From assembly GCA_963845755.1 (NCBI GenBank), contig CAWJTV010000041.1:320001-384000 (forward strand): a stretch of 64,000 nucleotides of DNA. The letters run 5' to 3'. Positions 11,028 through 21,362 of this stretch are shown in pieces. The position numbers and the translations under genes were made by a program. The notes under the pieces were generated by a model, which did no database searches, was not told where the DNA came from, and saw nothing but the letters and a program-made list of their open reading frames with translations. The stretch's first letter is position 1. Each line of letters opens with the position of its first letter. The stretch comes from an uncultured Planctomycetota bacterium (lineage in GTDB: Bacteria; Planctomycetota; Planctomycetia; Isosphaerales; Isosphaeraceae).

Positions 11028-12201
11028 TCAGACTGAGGCGGCTCCAGCCCCGCCGGATCCACCCCATTGCGCCAGCCGTTCCCGGTTCAGCCGGTGCAGC
11101 GCATCATGGGCCGTGCGGATCGCATCGAGGCTGGTCCCGACATACTTCTCCACGACCGCGGCGGCGATCTCGAAGGCGACGACGTTCTCGATGATGACGC
11201 TGGCGGCCGGCACGGCGCAGACGTCAGATCGTTCGTAAGCCGCGGGCTGAGGCGCCTTGGTCGCCATGTTGATCGACGGTCCGCGCGCCGCCAGGGTGCT
11301 GATCGGCTTCTTGGACGCGCGGACGACGATCGGCTCGCCGTTGGACGTGCCCCCTTCGATGCCACCCGCGTTATTGGTCGGGCGGCGGAAACCGAAGCGG
11401 CGGTCGTCGGCAGAATGGTCGGGATCGTACTGGTAGGGGTCCATGACCTTCGAGCCCGGCCGTCGGGCAGCCTCGACGCCCAGGCCGATCTCGACGGCCT
11501 TGATCGCCTGGACGCTCATGACCGCGGCGGCGAGTCGGGCATCGAGCTTGCGGTCGTATTGAGCATGACTGCCCAGGCCGATCGGGCAGCCGGTGACGAT
11601 TGCCTCGACGATCCCCCCTAGCGTGTCGCCGGCCTCGCGCGCCGCGTCGATCGCGGCGACGATCGCCGGGTCGGCCTCGGGGTTGAGCGTGTAGACCGGG
11701 CTGGCGTCGCGGACGGTCAGGTCGAACGACACAGGAGGCGCGGCGATCCCGCCCAGCTCGCGCACATAGCCGAAGACTGTGATCCCCAACTCGCGCAGCA
11801 GGAGCTTCGCCAGGCCGCCGACTGCGACGCGCAAGGCTGTCTCGCGGGCGCTGGCGCTCGAGCACCTGACGGATCCCCGTCTGATAGTTGATCGCGCCAG
11901 CCAGGTCGATGTGACCGCCCCGCGGCGCGGCCGGCTCGGCCAGCCGTTCGAGCTTGGCATCGTTGTTGATCAGGCGCAGCGTGATCGGAGCACCGGTGGT
12001 CACTCCGTGGAAAACACCCGAATCCACGATGATCCGATCCGTCTCCAGCTTCTGGCGCTTACCGCGCCCATAACCCCCCTGACGACGCTCCAGTTCGCGG
12101 TCGATCGGCGCCGTATCGAGCGCGACGCCCGACGGGAACCCCTCCACGATGGCGGTCAACGCCGGCCCGTGCGATTCGCCGGCAGTCAGATAGCGTAACA
12201 T
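11028..12201 (-). CDS. aroC: Chorismate synthase (frameshift near 11860)
   Basis: MLRYLTAGESHG, RRQGGYGRG, ASARETA, NNAGGIEGG, ERSDVCAVP. Confidence 0.95.
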
Positions 12202-12215
12202 GATGGTTTCTTCAT

Positions 12216-13116
12216 TCAACGATAGGGGAACGCCTGGCCGGTCAGGCGCTCGTAGGCTTCGATGTATTTCTCACGCGTCCGGGCCACGACGTCCGCCGGC
12301 AGCTCGGGCGGCGGGCTGGCCTTGTCCCAGCCGGTGGTCTCGAGCCAGTCGCGGACGAACTGCTTGTCGAACGACGGCTGAGGGCCGCCGGGATGATACG
12401 CGTTCCAGGCCCAGTAGCGCGAGCTGTCCGGCGTGAGCACTTCATCCACCAGCAGGAGCTCGCCGGTCCGGTCGTCGAAGCCCCATTCGAACTTCGTGTC
12501 GGCCAGGATCAGCCCGCTCTCTAGTGCATCGTCCGCGGCGGACTGATAGACGTCCAGGCTCATCGATTGTAACGTCTCGGCGACCTCCGTGCCGATGGCG
12601 TCGGCCATCCGTTTCGAACGGGATGTTCTCATCGTGGCCGGTCTCGGCCTTGGTCGCGGGCGTGAAGATGGGGTCGATCCGGTCGCTCTCGACCAGTCCG
12701 GCCGGCAGATGAATCCCGCAGACCGTGCCCGATGTCCGATACTCCTTCCATCCACTGCCCGAGAGATACCCCCGCACCACGCACTCGAAGGGCACGACGC
12801 GGGCCTTCCGCACCAGGGTGGCGCGGCCCTGGAGCGCATCGCGCTCCTCGGCCGTCAGATCGAGCCCAAACTCGTCGATTTCGGTCGAGATCACGTGATC
12901 GGGTACCCGCAGTTGCTTGAACCAGTAGGCGCTCAAACCTGTCAGGACGCGCCCCTTATCGGGGATGCCGTTGGGCATGACCCAGTCGAACGCGCTGATA
13001 CGATCGGTGGCGACCAGCAGCAGCCGATCTCCCAGGTCGTAGACATCACGGACCTTGCCTCGCCTCCTGGGGATCGAGCCTGATCCGAGGTTGGTTTCCA
13101 GCAGTGCGATACCCAT
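12216..13116 (-). CDS. purC: SAICAR synthase (frameshift near 12615)
   Basis: [57 protein letters not shown]. Confidence 0.95.
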
Positions 13117-13149
13117 TCGTTTCGTCCCCAAACGGATCTTTCTCCTCGA

Positions 13150-14234
13150 TCAGCCGATCCTGTGCGCCCGGGTCTCGTCGCCGAGCTGGCTGAGCCATTC
13201 GAGGTACGGCGTGCCGCCGGTGCCGCGGGGGTCGCGGACGTGGGCGGCGATGTAGCGACGGGCGAACTCGAGGTGTGTCTCGCGGAATGCGGCGAGGGCT
13301 TCGAGCGCCTCGTTGTACGGGGCCTTCTCGACCCGACCGCGGGGGTCCGGCAGCCGCTCGACCTGCTCGATCAGCTCGCGATGCGCACGCGGCATGAACC
13401 GCCGCATATCGGCCAGGTGGTCGGTGAGCATCGAGGGCTTGTGCGGGATCTTGAAGAACGCGACGGTGATCGGGATCACGCTGCTCTGGGCACCCGTCTC
13501 GCCGCGGAAGTTCAGCGGCGCCGAATCCACTCCTTCGTAGACAACGTTCTCGAAGAAGCGGATATAGGGCCGGAACGTCTTGTAGTACAACGCAGGGTCC
13601 ATCTTCTCGGGAATGCGGCGGAGCGTCTCGCATTGGGCCCAGAGCGCCCGGCGATGTCGGCCACGGCGGCGTTCAGGGCCGCCGGATCGTCCGACGCCAA
13701 CGCTCCCGCGGCCCGGTCGATCGCTGACAGCAGCGATGCGGCCAGCGCCTCGATCTCGACGTGGACCAGGATGAACCAGTGCTCGTCATAGAGATGAACG
13801 AAGTTCTGGATCGTGTCGATGTTCCCCAGCGCGACCGGCCCCGAGGCGTCGAACCGTCTCCAGTTGTAAAGGGCATAGCCGTCGTAGCTGAGGATCGGCG
13901 GGCGGTCGAGTCGCGTGCAGATCTCGCGGAGCGGAAGGGCGATGTTGCGCGGTAGGAGCGTCGCCGGCTCTTGACCCACCTGGTTGATATACGCCGACGC
14001 CAGGAACCCGAGCCGCACATAATACAACCGCAAGACCGGCAGTGGGATCTCCCTCGGTGGCAGGTCCGGGATGCGAATCCCGCGCGCCGAGGCGCGGAAC
14101 GACGCGTCCTGGAGTAGGCTGGGAAGGTCCCGGCCCAACCGATCCAGGATCGCCAGTTCCGAGCCCGGCGGGAACTCGACCAGGGGGTCTTCGTCGGGGA
14201 GGAAACCACGACGCGTGAAGGAAGGTTCGATCAT
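13150..14234 (-). CDS. Indoleamine 2,3-dioxygenase / PrnB-like heme protein (frameshift near 13645)
   Basis: RGFLP, PPILSY..LYNW, EHWFILVHVEIE, RGETGAQSS, FRETH (proximal His) and GTGGT motifs of the IDO family. Confidence 0.85.
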
Positions 14235-14294
14235 TTTCGTAACGGGGGGAGAGGGAAAGCCGGTCTTTTCTTGCAACCCGCAACGGAAGGCCCA

Positions 14295-14909
14295 CTACTT
14301 CTTGTTCACGATGTCGAGGTAGGTATCGTTGAGGAAGATCCAGTTCGTAGGCGCGGCCGAGATCGGGCCGTTGATGCCGAACACGGCGATCTGGTAGACC
14401 TTGCCCGGCTGGGCGTCCTTGAGCTCGACGCGATTGGGCACGTTGAACCCGCCGACGATCGCCTCGCCCCCTTTGCCCACAGTTCGGGGCAGCTTGCCAT
14501 CGACCCAGACCTCGCCATAATCATCGACGGTCGTCCGGAAGAAGACGGCCTTGCCCGCTGCCTCGGGCGGGATCGTGATCTTGATCCGGTACCAGCAGAA
14601 GCAGACGCCGCCGGTCGAACGCCGATCCTTCAGGGTCTCCGGTGCGATCGACTCCCACTTGCTGTCGTCGTAATCGGGCCGGGACGCCTGGTCGCCCCGC
14701 GGATCGATGCCATAGGTCTTGTTCGGCTTGCCGTCGGGCGCGTTCCCTTCGACCTCGACGATCTTGACGTCGTGATACTTCCACTGTCCCTTGACCGCGG
14801 CCACGCCCTCCTTGGTGCTCAGGTCGATCTTCTTGGCCTGGGCCATTGCGGTTTGCGAACCGAAGGCCACAGCGGCGACCAGGGCCGCGACAGTCCATAT
14901 CGTCCGCAT
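14295..14909 (-). CDS. Exported protein with a galactose-binding-like (GH2 sugar-binding type) domain
   Basis: Signal peptide; YDDSKW, CWYRIKITIP and VDDYGEVWVDG beta-sandwich motifs. Confidence 0.7.
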   Translation of the reverse strand: MRTIWTVAALVAAVAFGSQTAMAQAKKIDLSTKEGVAAVKGQWKYHDVKIVEVEGNAPDGKPNKTYGIDPRGDQASRPDYDDSKWESIAPETLKDRRSTGGVCFCWYRIKITIPPEAAGKAVFFRTTVDDYGEVWVDGKLPRTVGKGGEAIVGGFNVPNRVELKDAQPGKVYQIAVFGINGPISAAPTNWIFLNDTYLDIVNKK

Positions 14910-14928
14910 CAGGAAAGTCTCCCTTAAT

Positions 14929-15065
14929 CAGTAAGCAGTAGATCGTAGACAGCAAAGACCGGTAAAGACGCCCGAGCGATGACCAGGTTCCGCGAATACA
15001 CCCGCACGCGGGAGAACTTCGGTGGTTCTTCGGTCTGCCTACTACCTACTACCTACCACCTGCTG
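14929..15065. repeat. Inverted pair of short heptamer-type arrays (planctomycete intergenic repeat)
   Basis: cagtaagcagtagatcgtagacagca (14929-14954) faces tgcctactacctactacctaccacctgctg (15036-15065). Confidence 0.45.
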
Positions 15066-15087
15066 TCTTTCTGGAATGTTCCGCCGA

Positions 15088-16305
15088 TCAGCGTGCCGCG
15101 CGGGCAGCACTGGGGGGTGCGGCGGGGGGGATCGAGAGTGCCGCCGAGGACGGATCCGGCTGATTCTTGAGCAGCTCGCTAAGCTGGAAGGCGTGATAAG
15201 GTTGCTCGGAGGCCGGCCTGGCGTCCCTGGAGGCGTTGGCGACCCAGAGGCGGGTTGTCGAGGTCTCGAACAGGACGCTGTGGAGGTTCGACTTCATGGC
15301 CACGGGGCGGTCCATCAGGTGTCGCGCCGACTCGGCATCGAACGTCCCGAGCCCCTCCTGCACGCGACGGACCAGCTCCTTGTAGCGATCGCCGGCCGAG
15401 AGCACGACCCCGTCCTTGATGGCGACGGGCAGCTTCGCATGCGTCTGGCCCATCGCCACGGTGCCGAAGGCCTCCCAGGATGCTTCCACGCCCACGGCCT
15501 TGCCCGACTTGCCGTCGGCGATCACGTAGTAGTATTCGCAGGTCCGCGGCTGGTCGCGGAAGGTGGCGATCGCCTGGTCGAGGGTGTCGGCCTCTTCCAG
15601 CACCATGCGGACCAGGAGCGCCATGGGAACACCGTCCCAGTGACCCATGCCCCTGCCCCCCATCTCGCCGATCGAGACCCGCTCGGCGTTCATCCCGGTG
15701 ACCGACCCGACAAATCCGGCATAGGTGACATTCACGAACGGGATCTTGCCCCGGGGCTCGGCGATGGTGAGGACGGCGTGCTCCTGGAGCCGCCAGTCAC
15801 AGCCATAATCGAGGATCCGGCCGTGGTATAGGGTCCCGTCCTTGGTCGCCGATCCGCTCAGGGCGAACCCGGAGCAGTGGAACAGCTCGGGGATGAAGTT
15901 GGCGACGACGATGTCCTGGACATCCATCCCCGCACCGTCGGCGATCCCGCGCATCTCCTCGAAGAACCGTTCGGGGACGTACTTCCGCTGCCGGGACGCA
16001 ATCCCCTTGATGACCTGCTTCGGATCCAGCAGCTTGATGCCTCCGAGCTCGACCTTCATCTCCTTGGCCTTGACGTCGAACAGGAAATGGACGAGCTCGC
16101 GGATGTCATCGCGGAGCAGGGCCCCTTGCTGGTAGCCCATCTGGTAGGGCTCGCCCTTGACGTGGAGGACCCGGTAGCCGTCCACCTCTTCCAGGAAGCC
16201 CGCTCCGCAACGAGCGATCGTCTTGGTTTCGCCCCGCGCGGCCAGTCCCGTCCCCAGCAGCACAACCAGGAGGCCAACCGCAATCCGTAAAGACATTCGT
16301 TTCAT
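15088..16305 (-). CDS. C45 family Ntn-hydrolase (acyl-CoA:6-APA acyltransferase-like), exported
   Basis: Signal peptide; YQMGYQQG, EEMRGIADG, autocleavage H-CSGF, HGRILDY, TGMN. Confidence 0.85.
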   Translation of the reverse strand: MKRMSLRIAVGLLVVLLGTGLAARGETKTIARCGAGFLEEVDGYRVLHVKGEPYQMGYQQGALLRDDIRELVHFLFDVKAKEMKVELGGIKLLDPKQVIKGIASRQRKYVPERFFEEMRGIADGAGMDVQDIVVANFIPELFHCSGFALSGSATKDGTLYHGRILDYGCDWRLQEHAVLTIAEPRGKIPFVNVTYAGFVGSVTGMNAERVSIGEMGGRGMGHWDGVPMALLVRMVLEEADTLDQAIATFRDQPRTCEYYYVIADGKSGKAVGVEASWEAFGTVAMGQTHAKLPVAIKDGVVLSAGDRYKELVRRVQEGLGTFDAESARHLMDRPVAMKSNLHSVLFETSTTRLWVANASRDARPASEQPYHAFQLSELLKNQPDPSSAALSIPPAAPPSAARAAR

Positions 16306-16588
16306 CGGCCGATGTCCTTCGCCAAACTCACTTCCGGAACGGAACGCACGGCGTGACGCGCTATGACTTTATACCAATTACCCGCGACTTCCAACAGACA
16401 TCGCGTATTTCCAGCCCTGAGAAATCCGCCCCTCGGGCGGTAGGCCGGCACGCGGAAGCCGCGTGGATGGCGACCGAGGGCCGGCAAAGGCCGTAAGGGG
16501 ACGGGCTCGAAGGCGGCTTCGAGTGCGACCGCTATCAGACCCTGAAGAACCCGGCTGAACCTGGAACACGCCCACCCGCCACCGGCGG

Positions 16589-17952
16589 CTAACTGCTGTC
16601 CAGTCGGATCTGGATCGGCCCGGCTCCGGCCGGCTCGAAGACCTCGTCCGGCCAGTGTCGAAACCGCAGGCTCTCCAACAATCGTTGCGCCATGTTCTTC
16701 AACGAGCCGAACAGCTCCACGGCCGTTCGCTTCCCCTGCTCTTGGGCCAGGTGCCGCAACAGGCTCCCCTTCTCCACCAGTTGCAACAGCAGATGGGCGA
16801 TCTGCAACAGGAAATAGTAGGCCGGCCAGCATCTGTGGCTGTAGGCATGTTCCAGGTTCAGGCCACTGTTCTTCTGGGTGTTAAATCCCTCGTTCTCCTC
16901 GCGCCAGCGTGCCCTCCCTCCGTTGGTCGCTACTTCCACCACAGTCTCGTGGCTCAAATCCAGAGAGGTCACCCACGACCATTCCGTCTGCTTTCCCTCC
17001 TTGCCCGTCTCGGTGCACTCCAGAGCGTTGATGGTCCAGTCCCGACCATCACTGTCCCTGTAGTGCAGGCCGTTGATCCAGCGATAGACCTGCCGGACCC
17101 CTTGCGGCGTCATCCGTTCCACGCGCGCTGGTCGGGACACAACCGCAGCAACCCCTGGAAATCCTCCCAGAGGGCGGGAAGTCGTCCAGGCTGAAACGTG
17201 TAAATGTAGTCGCATCGATAATCTTTGGCGACCTGGAATCCTTCTCCGCAGGCATACAGGCCGTCACCGCCGAGGCAAATCCGCAACTGCGGGAACTCGA
17301 TCCGCAACTTCTCCACCAGGCGTCGCAAGGCCTTCAACTCGCAATCCTGCTTGATCCGTTCCGCGCTGGCACCCGCTGGGGCACTGGCGACGTCGTGGTT
17401 GTCGATGAACTCACTGGCGATCGAGATGACCGTGCCGGCCGGCCCCAGCACCTTGGCCTCCAGCACCTGGTGCATATATAGCGTCGTCTCACCGTGCCGC
17501 TGGGTCAGGCAATCGTCGCAATGCCGGGAGTGAAACACCAGATAGCCCGAGCCGTCAATCAAGACGACGAACCGCCCCTGCAGCCGCGCCGCGTCCAGAG
17601 CCTTCATGCGGATCAACCGCTGGACCATCCGCTGCCGCAACCCGGCGATGGGGTCGGGGCCGATTTTCCCCAGGAAGTACTCCAAGGTCTGGTTCACCGG
17701 CCGGCTTCTTGCCGTACCCGCCAGACGATTGAGATTGGGCAGGACCTCCGGGCCGTCGGTGTTCAACTGGTAGTCCAGTTGGCGCCGGCTGCTCAACTTG
17801 CACAGGAACAAACTCAGCCCCCACCACAGCAGGAACCGCTTGTGGTAGATCACCAAGGGGGCAAACCGCGGGTCATCGATCGCATCGATCCAGGTGTTGA
17901 GATCGGGGAAGAAGTGACCCAGGGTTCGCACCAGGATAGGTCCGATGTTCAG
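16589..17952 (-). CDS. DDE transposase, ISAs1-like (frameshift near 17125)
   Basis: IDDPR, LIDGSG, KQDCELKA, GDGLYA, RARWREENEGFNTQKN...LEHAY. Confidence 0.85.
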
Positions 17953-18305
17953 CGTCGTCCCCGCCGCCGCTTTCGGTGCGAGACGTGGCCCTGGATCAAG
18001 GCCAGGGTCAACTGGCTGATTTCGTGGATCAGGCCTTTGAGACGTTGGTGTTCTTGCACCCATTCTTGGACCTCCGTGAGCAGGTCCTGGGGCACATACA
18101 CCGTGCGAGTCTTACCCCCCTCCGAGAAGGTGAGGTGGTGGGCGGAGTGCAACGGGCCACCGTGGTGGCAGGCGCAGGAGGGCTGGCCGCAACGTTTCTG
18201 CACCTGGGCCAGGCTGGCCGCCAGGAGCGGCCCAGCCGGAGCCAGTTGCTTGAGGCGGCGGTCGAGCATCCGACGGACCAGCGTGGGGTGGCTCGGCACA
18301 TGCAT
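17949..18305 (-). CDS. DUF6788-like small basic protein with a CG.PSCAC..H putative zinc motif
   Basis: KRCGQPSCACHHGGPLH and GKTRTVYVP; stop codon overlaps the transposase frame. Confidence 0.75.
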   Translation of the reverse strand: MHVPSHPTLVRRMLDRRLKQLAPAGPLLAASLAQVQKRCGQPSCACHHGGPLHSAHHLTFSEGGKTRTVYVPQDLLTEVQEWVQEHQRLKGLIHEISQLTLALIQGHVSHRKRRRGRR

Positions 18306-18793
18306 CGATGGGCCCCTGGAACTTCCGGTAAGTGGACCTTATACCGGGAAAGGCCCGAAAAGTCATGAGGTGCGAAGAAAAAAATTGAGGGCCTAGGATG
18401 GTCGGGCGACTTCAACAGAGGTTCTACTCGGGACTTACGCTGCCGTCAAGGTGCGACAAATTCCCCAATTCCTCAGAGTGGCGTATTTCGGGGACGTCTT
18501 CGCCAAGCGCCGCTCTGCCCTCGGACGGGAACAGGCGTCGGGCTCGGATCGTGGCACAATGTGGCACTCGTAGTTAACATTTTGGCGGGTCGCCATCTCC
18601 GATCTCTCGGACCATGAGGGAGTTAGCGACGCGTCCACAAACGGGTTGGGCCGGTCCCGGCGCGTCCGGTGTTCGAAAGGCGGAGCGATCGAGTTATTCA
18701 TCTTCATCTTTCCCTGAGAAGCCGCTGGAGGCTCTCCGGAGCGTTGCGCACGATCCCCATAATATCAGGATGCCTCAACTTGGAAAAAACGTT

Positions 18794-18821
18794 AATGCAC
18801 CTAGCGTCGATTATCGGACGC
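18794..18821 (-). other. Degenerate dif-like (XerC/XerD) recombination site
   Basis: Minus strand GCGTCCGATAA-TCGACG-CTAGGTGCATT, 11-6-11 layout; similar to the site at 50851. Confidence 0.35.
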
Positions 18822-18893
18822 TGGCTTCCCGAACTATTGACTGGGTCAGTAGATGCGAAAATCAAAAAAATTTTTTCCGCGGGGGATTAGGGT

Positions 18894-19125
18894 CAATACC
18901 GTTGAATTCGTGATAAACCGAAGGCAGAAAAGGGCCTGGTTCTCGTTCCCACGCTCCCGCGTGGGAATGCCGTCCTCGACGCTCCGCGTCGGCTGCGTCA
19001 CGCCGCAGTGGAGACACCGCGGGGACGCGGAGCGTCCCAGAAGGGTGTTCCCACGCGGGAGCGTGGGAACAAGTCGTTCGCAAGTCCTGTCCTTACTTCT
19101 GGTTAGCGCTAATTCAACGGTATTG
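18894..19125. mobile_element. 232-bp MITE (IS4-type ends) with a 10-bp target site duplication
   Basis: Perfect 15-bp IR CAATACCGTTGAATT (18894-18908 / 19111-19125), flanked by direct repeats GGATTAGGGT (18884-18893, 19126-19135); no transposase inside. Confidence 0.85.
18942..19073. repeat. REP-type palindromic element nested in the MITE
   Basis: ctcgttcccacgctcccgcgtgggaatgcc...gacgctccgcgtc paired with gacgcggagcgtc...ttcccacgcgggagcgtgggaacaag. Confidence 0.8.
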
Positions 19126-19310
19126 GGATTAGGGTCGTGATCGGACACGATCCAGATCGATGGACGTTCTGTATCGGATTGACGCCACGGCCGGTCGCAC
19201 CGGGGAAGAGCGTGGGGGTTCGAGCGGATTTCATAAACCCTGAAATCCGCAGTTGTTGTGCGTACCCAAGCGTACCCAGGCTCGCCGGAGGAAAGGCTCC
19301 CCGTACAGGG

Positions 19311-20878
19311 TTACTCCCACTCGATCGTGCCCGGCGGCTTGCTCGTGATGTCGTAAACGACGCGGTTGACGCCCTTGACGGAATTGGTGATCCGGGTGGA
19401 GACGCGGGCGAGCAGGTCGTGGGGGAGGCGGGACCAGTCGGCGGTCATGAAGTCTTCGGTCTCGACGGCGCGGATGGCGATGACGTTTTCATAAGTCCGC
19501 GCGTCGCCCATGACGCCGACGGCCTGCACCGGCAGCAGCACGGCGAACGCCTGGGCGACCCGCCGCTCGAGGCCCGCGCCCTTCAACTCGTCGAGGAAGA
19601 TGGCATCGGCCTGCCGGAGGACGTCCAGGCGCGGGGCAGTCACCTCGCCCAGGCAGCGGACGGCCAACCCCGGGCCGGGGAACGGATGGCGCCAGACCAG
19701 GGAATCGGGGAGCCCCAGCTCGATCCCTAGCCGGCGGACCTCGTCCTTGAAGAGGTCGCGCAAGGGCTCGATCAGCTCAAAGCCGAGTTCCGCGGGGAGT
19801 CCGCCGACGTTGTGGTGGATCTTGATCGTGGCCGTGGGACCGTCGGGCTCGCCGCCGCTCTCGATGACGTCGGCATAGAGCGTGCCCTGGGCCAGGAACC
19901 GCGCCGGGGATCGATCGGGCTGCGTCGCGGAAGACGTCGATGAACGTGTGGCCGATCCGCCGGCGCTTCTCCTGCGGGTCGGTCACGCCTTCGAGAGCTT
20001 TCAGGAACGGTTCGGCCGCGTCGATTACCCGCAGCTCGGCGTTTGAGTGTGCGCCGAAGGCTTCGGCGACGGCGGAGCGTTCTCCGCTCCGCAAGAGGCC
20101 CGTGTTGACGAACACACAGACGATCCGAGGGCCCAGGGCCCTGGCCAGGAGTGCTGCGCAGACCGCCGAATCGACGCCACCGGACAGGCCGCAGACCACC
20201 CGCTCGGACGGCCCGACCCGGCGCGTCAGCTCGGTCAAGGCACGCTCGATGAACGCGCCCAGCGTCCAGGATCGGGGGTTGCCGCAAATCCGGTCGAGGA
20301 AGTTGCCCAGGATCAGCGAGCCATAAGGCGTGTGCGAGACCTCGGCGTGGAACTGGAGACCGTAGATCGGCCGATCGCGGTGACGGATCGCGGCGATCGG
20401 GCAGGAGGGGGTCGCGGCGAGGCCGAGGAAGTCGCCGCCCGCGTCCTGAATCTGGTCGCCGTGGCTCATCCAGACGATCGTCTCATGCGGGACGTCGTGG
20501 AACAGGGGCTCCTTCAAGTCGAGCACCCGGCACTCGGTGCGACCGAATTCGCCTCGGGCCGGATTGGCCTGGACCTGGCTCCCCATCGCCTCGCAGATCA
20601 GTTGCATGCCATAGCAGATGCCCAAAATGGGGATGTCTAGCTCGAAGATCGCCGGGTCGCAATGGGGCGCGCCCGGCTCGTACACGCTGGCCGGTCCTCC
20701 GGAGAGGATCACCGCCAGCGGGTTGAGCCGCACGGACGCGTTCCGCCGCGATGTCGTGGCGGACGATCCGCGCGAACGCGTGTCGCTCGCGGACCCGCCG
20801 CGCGATGAGCTGGACGTACTGCGCACCGAAGTCGAGGACGAGTACCGGTCGCGAGGCAATATCGGAATCCCGATCCAT
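19311..20878 (-). CDS. guaA: GMP synthase, glutamine-hydrolysing (frameshifts near 20735 and 19905)
   Basis: [51 protein letters not shown]. Confidence 0.95.
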
Positions 20879-21362
20879 GGATCTGTCGCCTTATCGACGA
20901 GAAACGAGGCGATTGATTTCGCCTCCGGATTCCTCCGTCAAGCCAGGAGACGAGTTTACCAGATGCGGCCGGTCCCGCCAATTCGCGGAATGGCATGGGT
21001 TCGAGTCGATCGCCGATGGGCCTCGCCCGCGATTGTCGGTCCTCTCGTAGCAGGTGGACATAAAACGTCGCGAAGAGCCCGTTCCGAACGCCCCGGAGTG
21101 ACGCCCGGGCGTAGCTGAGGGCGACGGCTCTCGACCGCTTGACGCTGCGTCCGGTTCGAAGCTGGGCCCTCAGGCGTGCGCCGGCGATGCCCACCAACGC
21201 CGCTGGCACCGCATCCTCGGTCCGGTCCGCCCTCGTCTGCGAAGCGCGGCCGCACCGATCGGCTGCTCCTCCCTCGTCCCCCGAAATTCTTCTCGCCCGA
21301 TTGAGACTCCTCGCGGGCGGATTACGCTATGTAGGGAAACACTCTCTCTTGGAGGTCCTCAC

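Larger units (their letters stand above)
16537..18435 (-). mobile_element. Two-gene insertion sequence (DUF6788-like protein + ISAs1-like DDE transposase); ends tentative
   Basis: Imperfect terminal IRs: agaccctgaagaacccggctgaa (16537-16559) versus the reverse complement of 18411-18435. No TSD seen. Confidence 0.6.

Noticed and set aside
18435..18790. Short ORFs between the IS and the MITE
   Set aside because: No recognisable motifs or consistent coding signal.
20980..21010. GGTTCGAGTC resembling a tRNA T-loop
   Set aside because: No cloverleaf or acceptor stem can be built around it.
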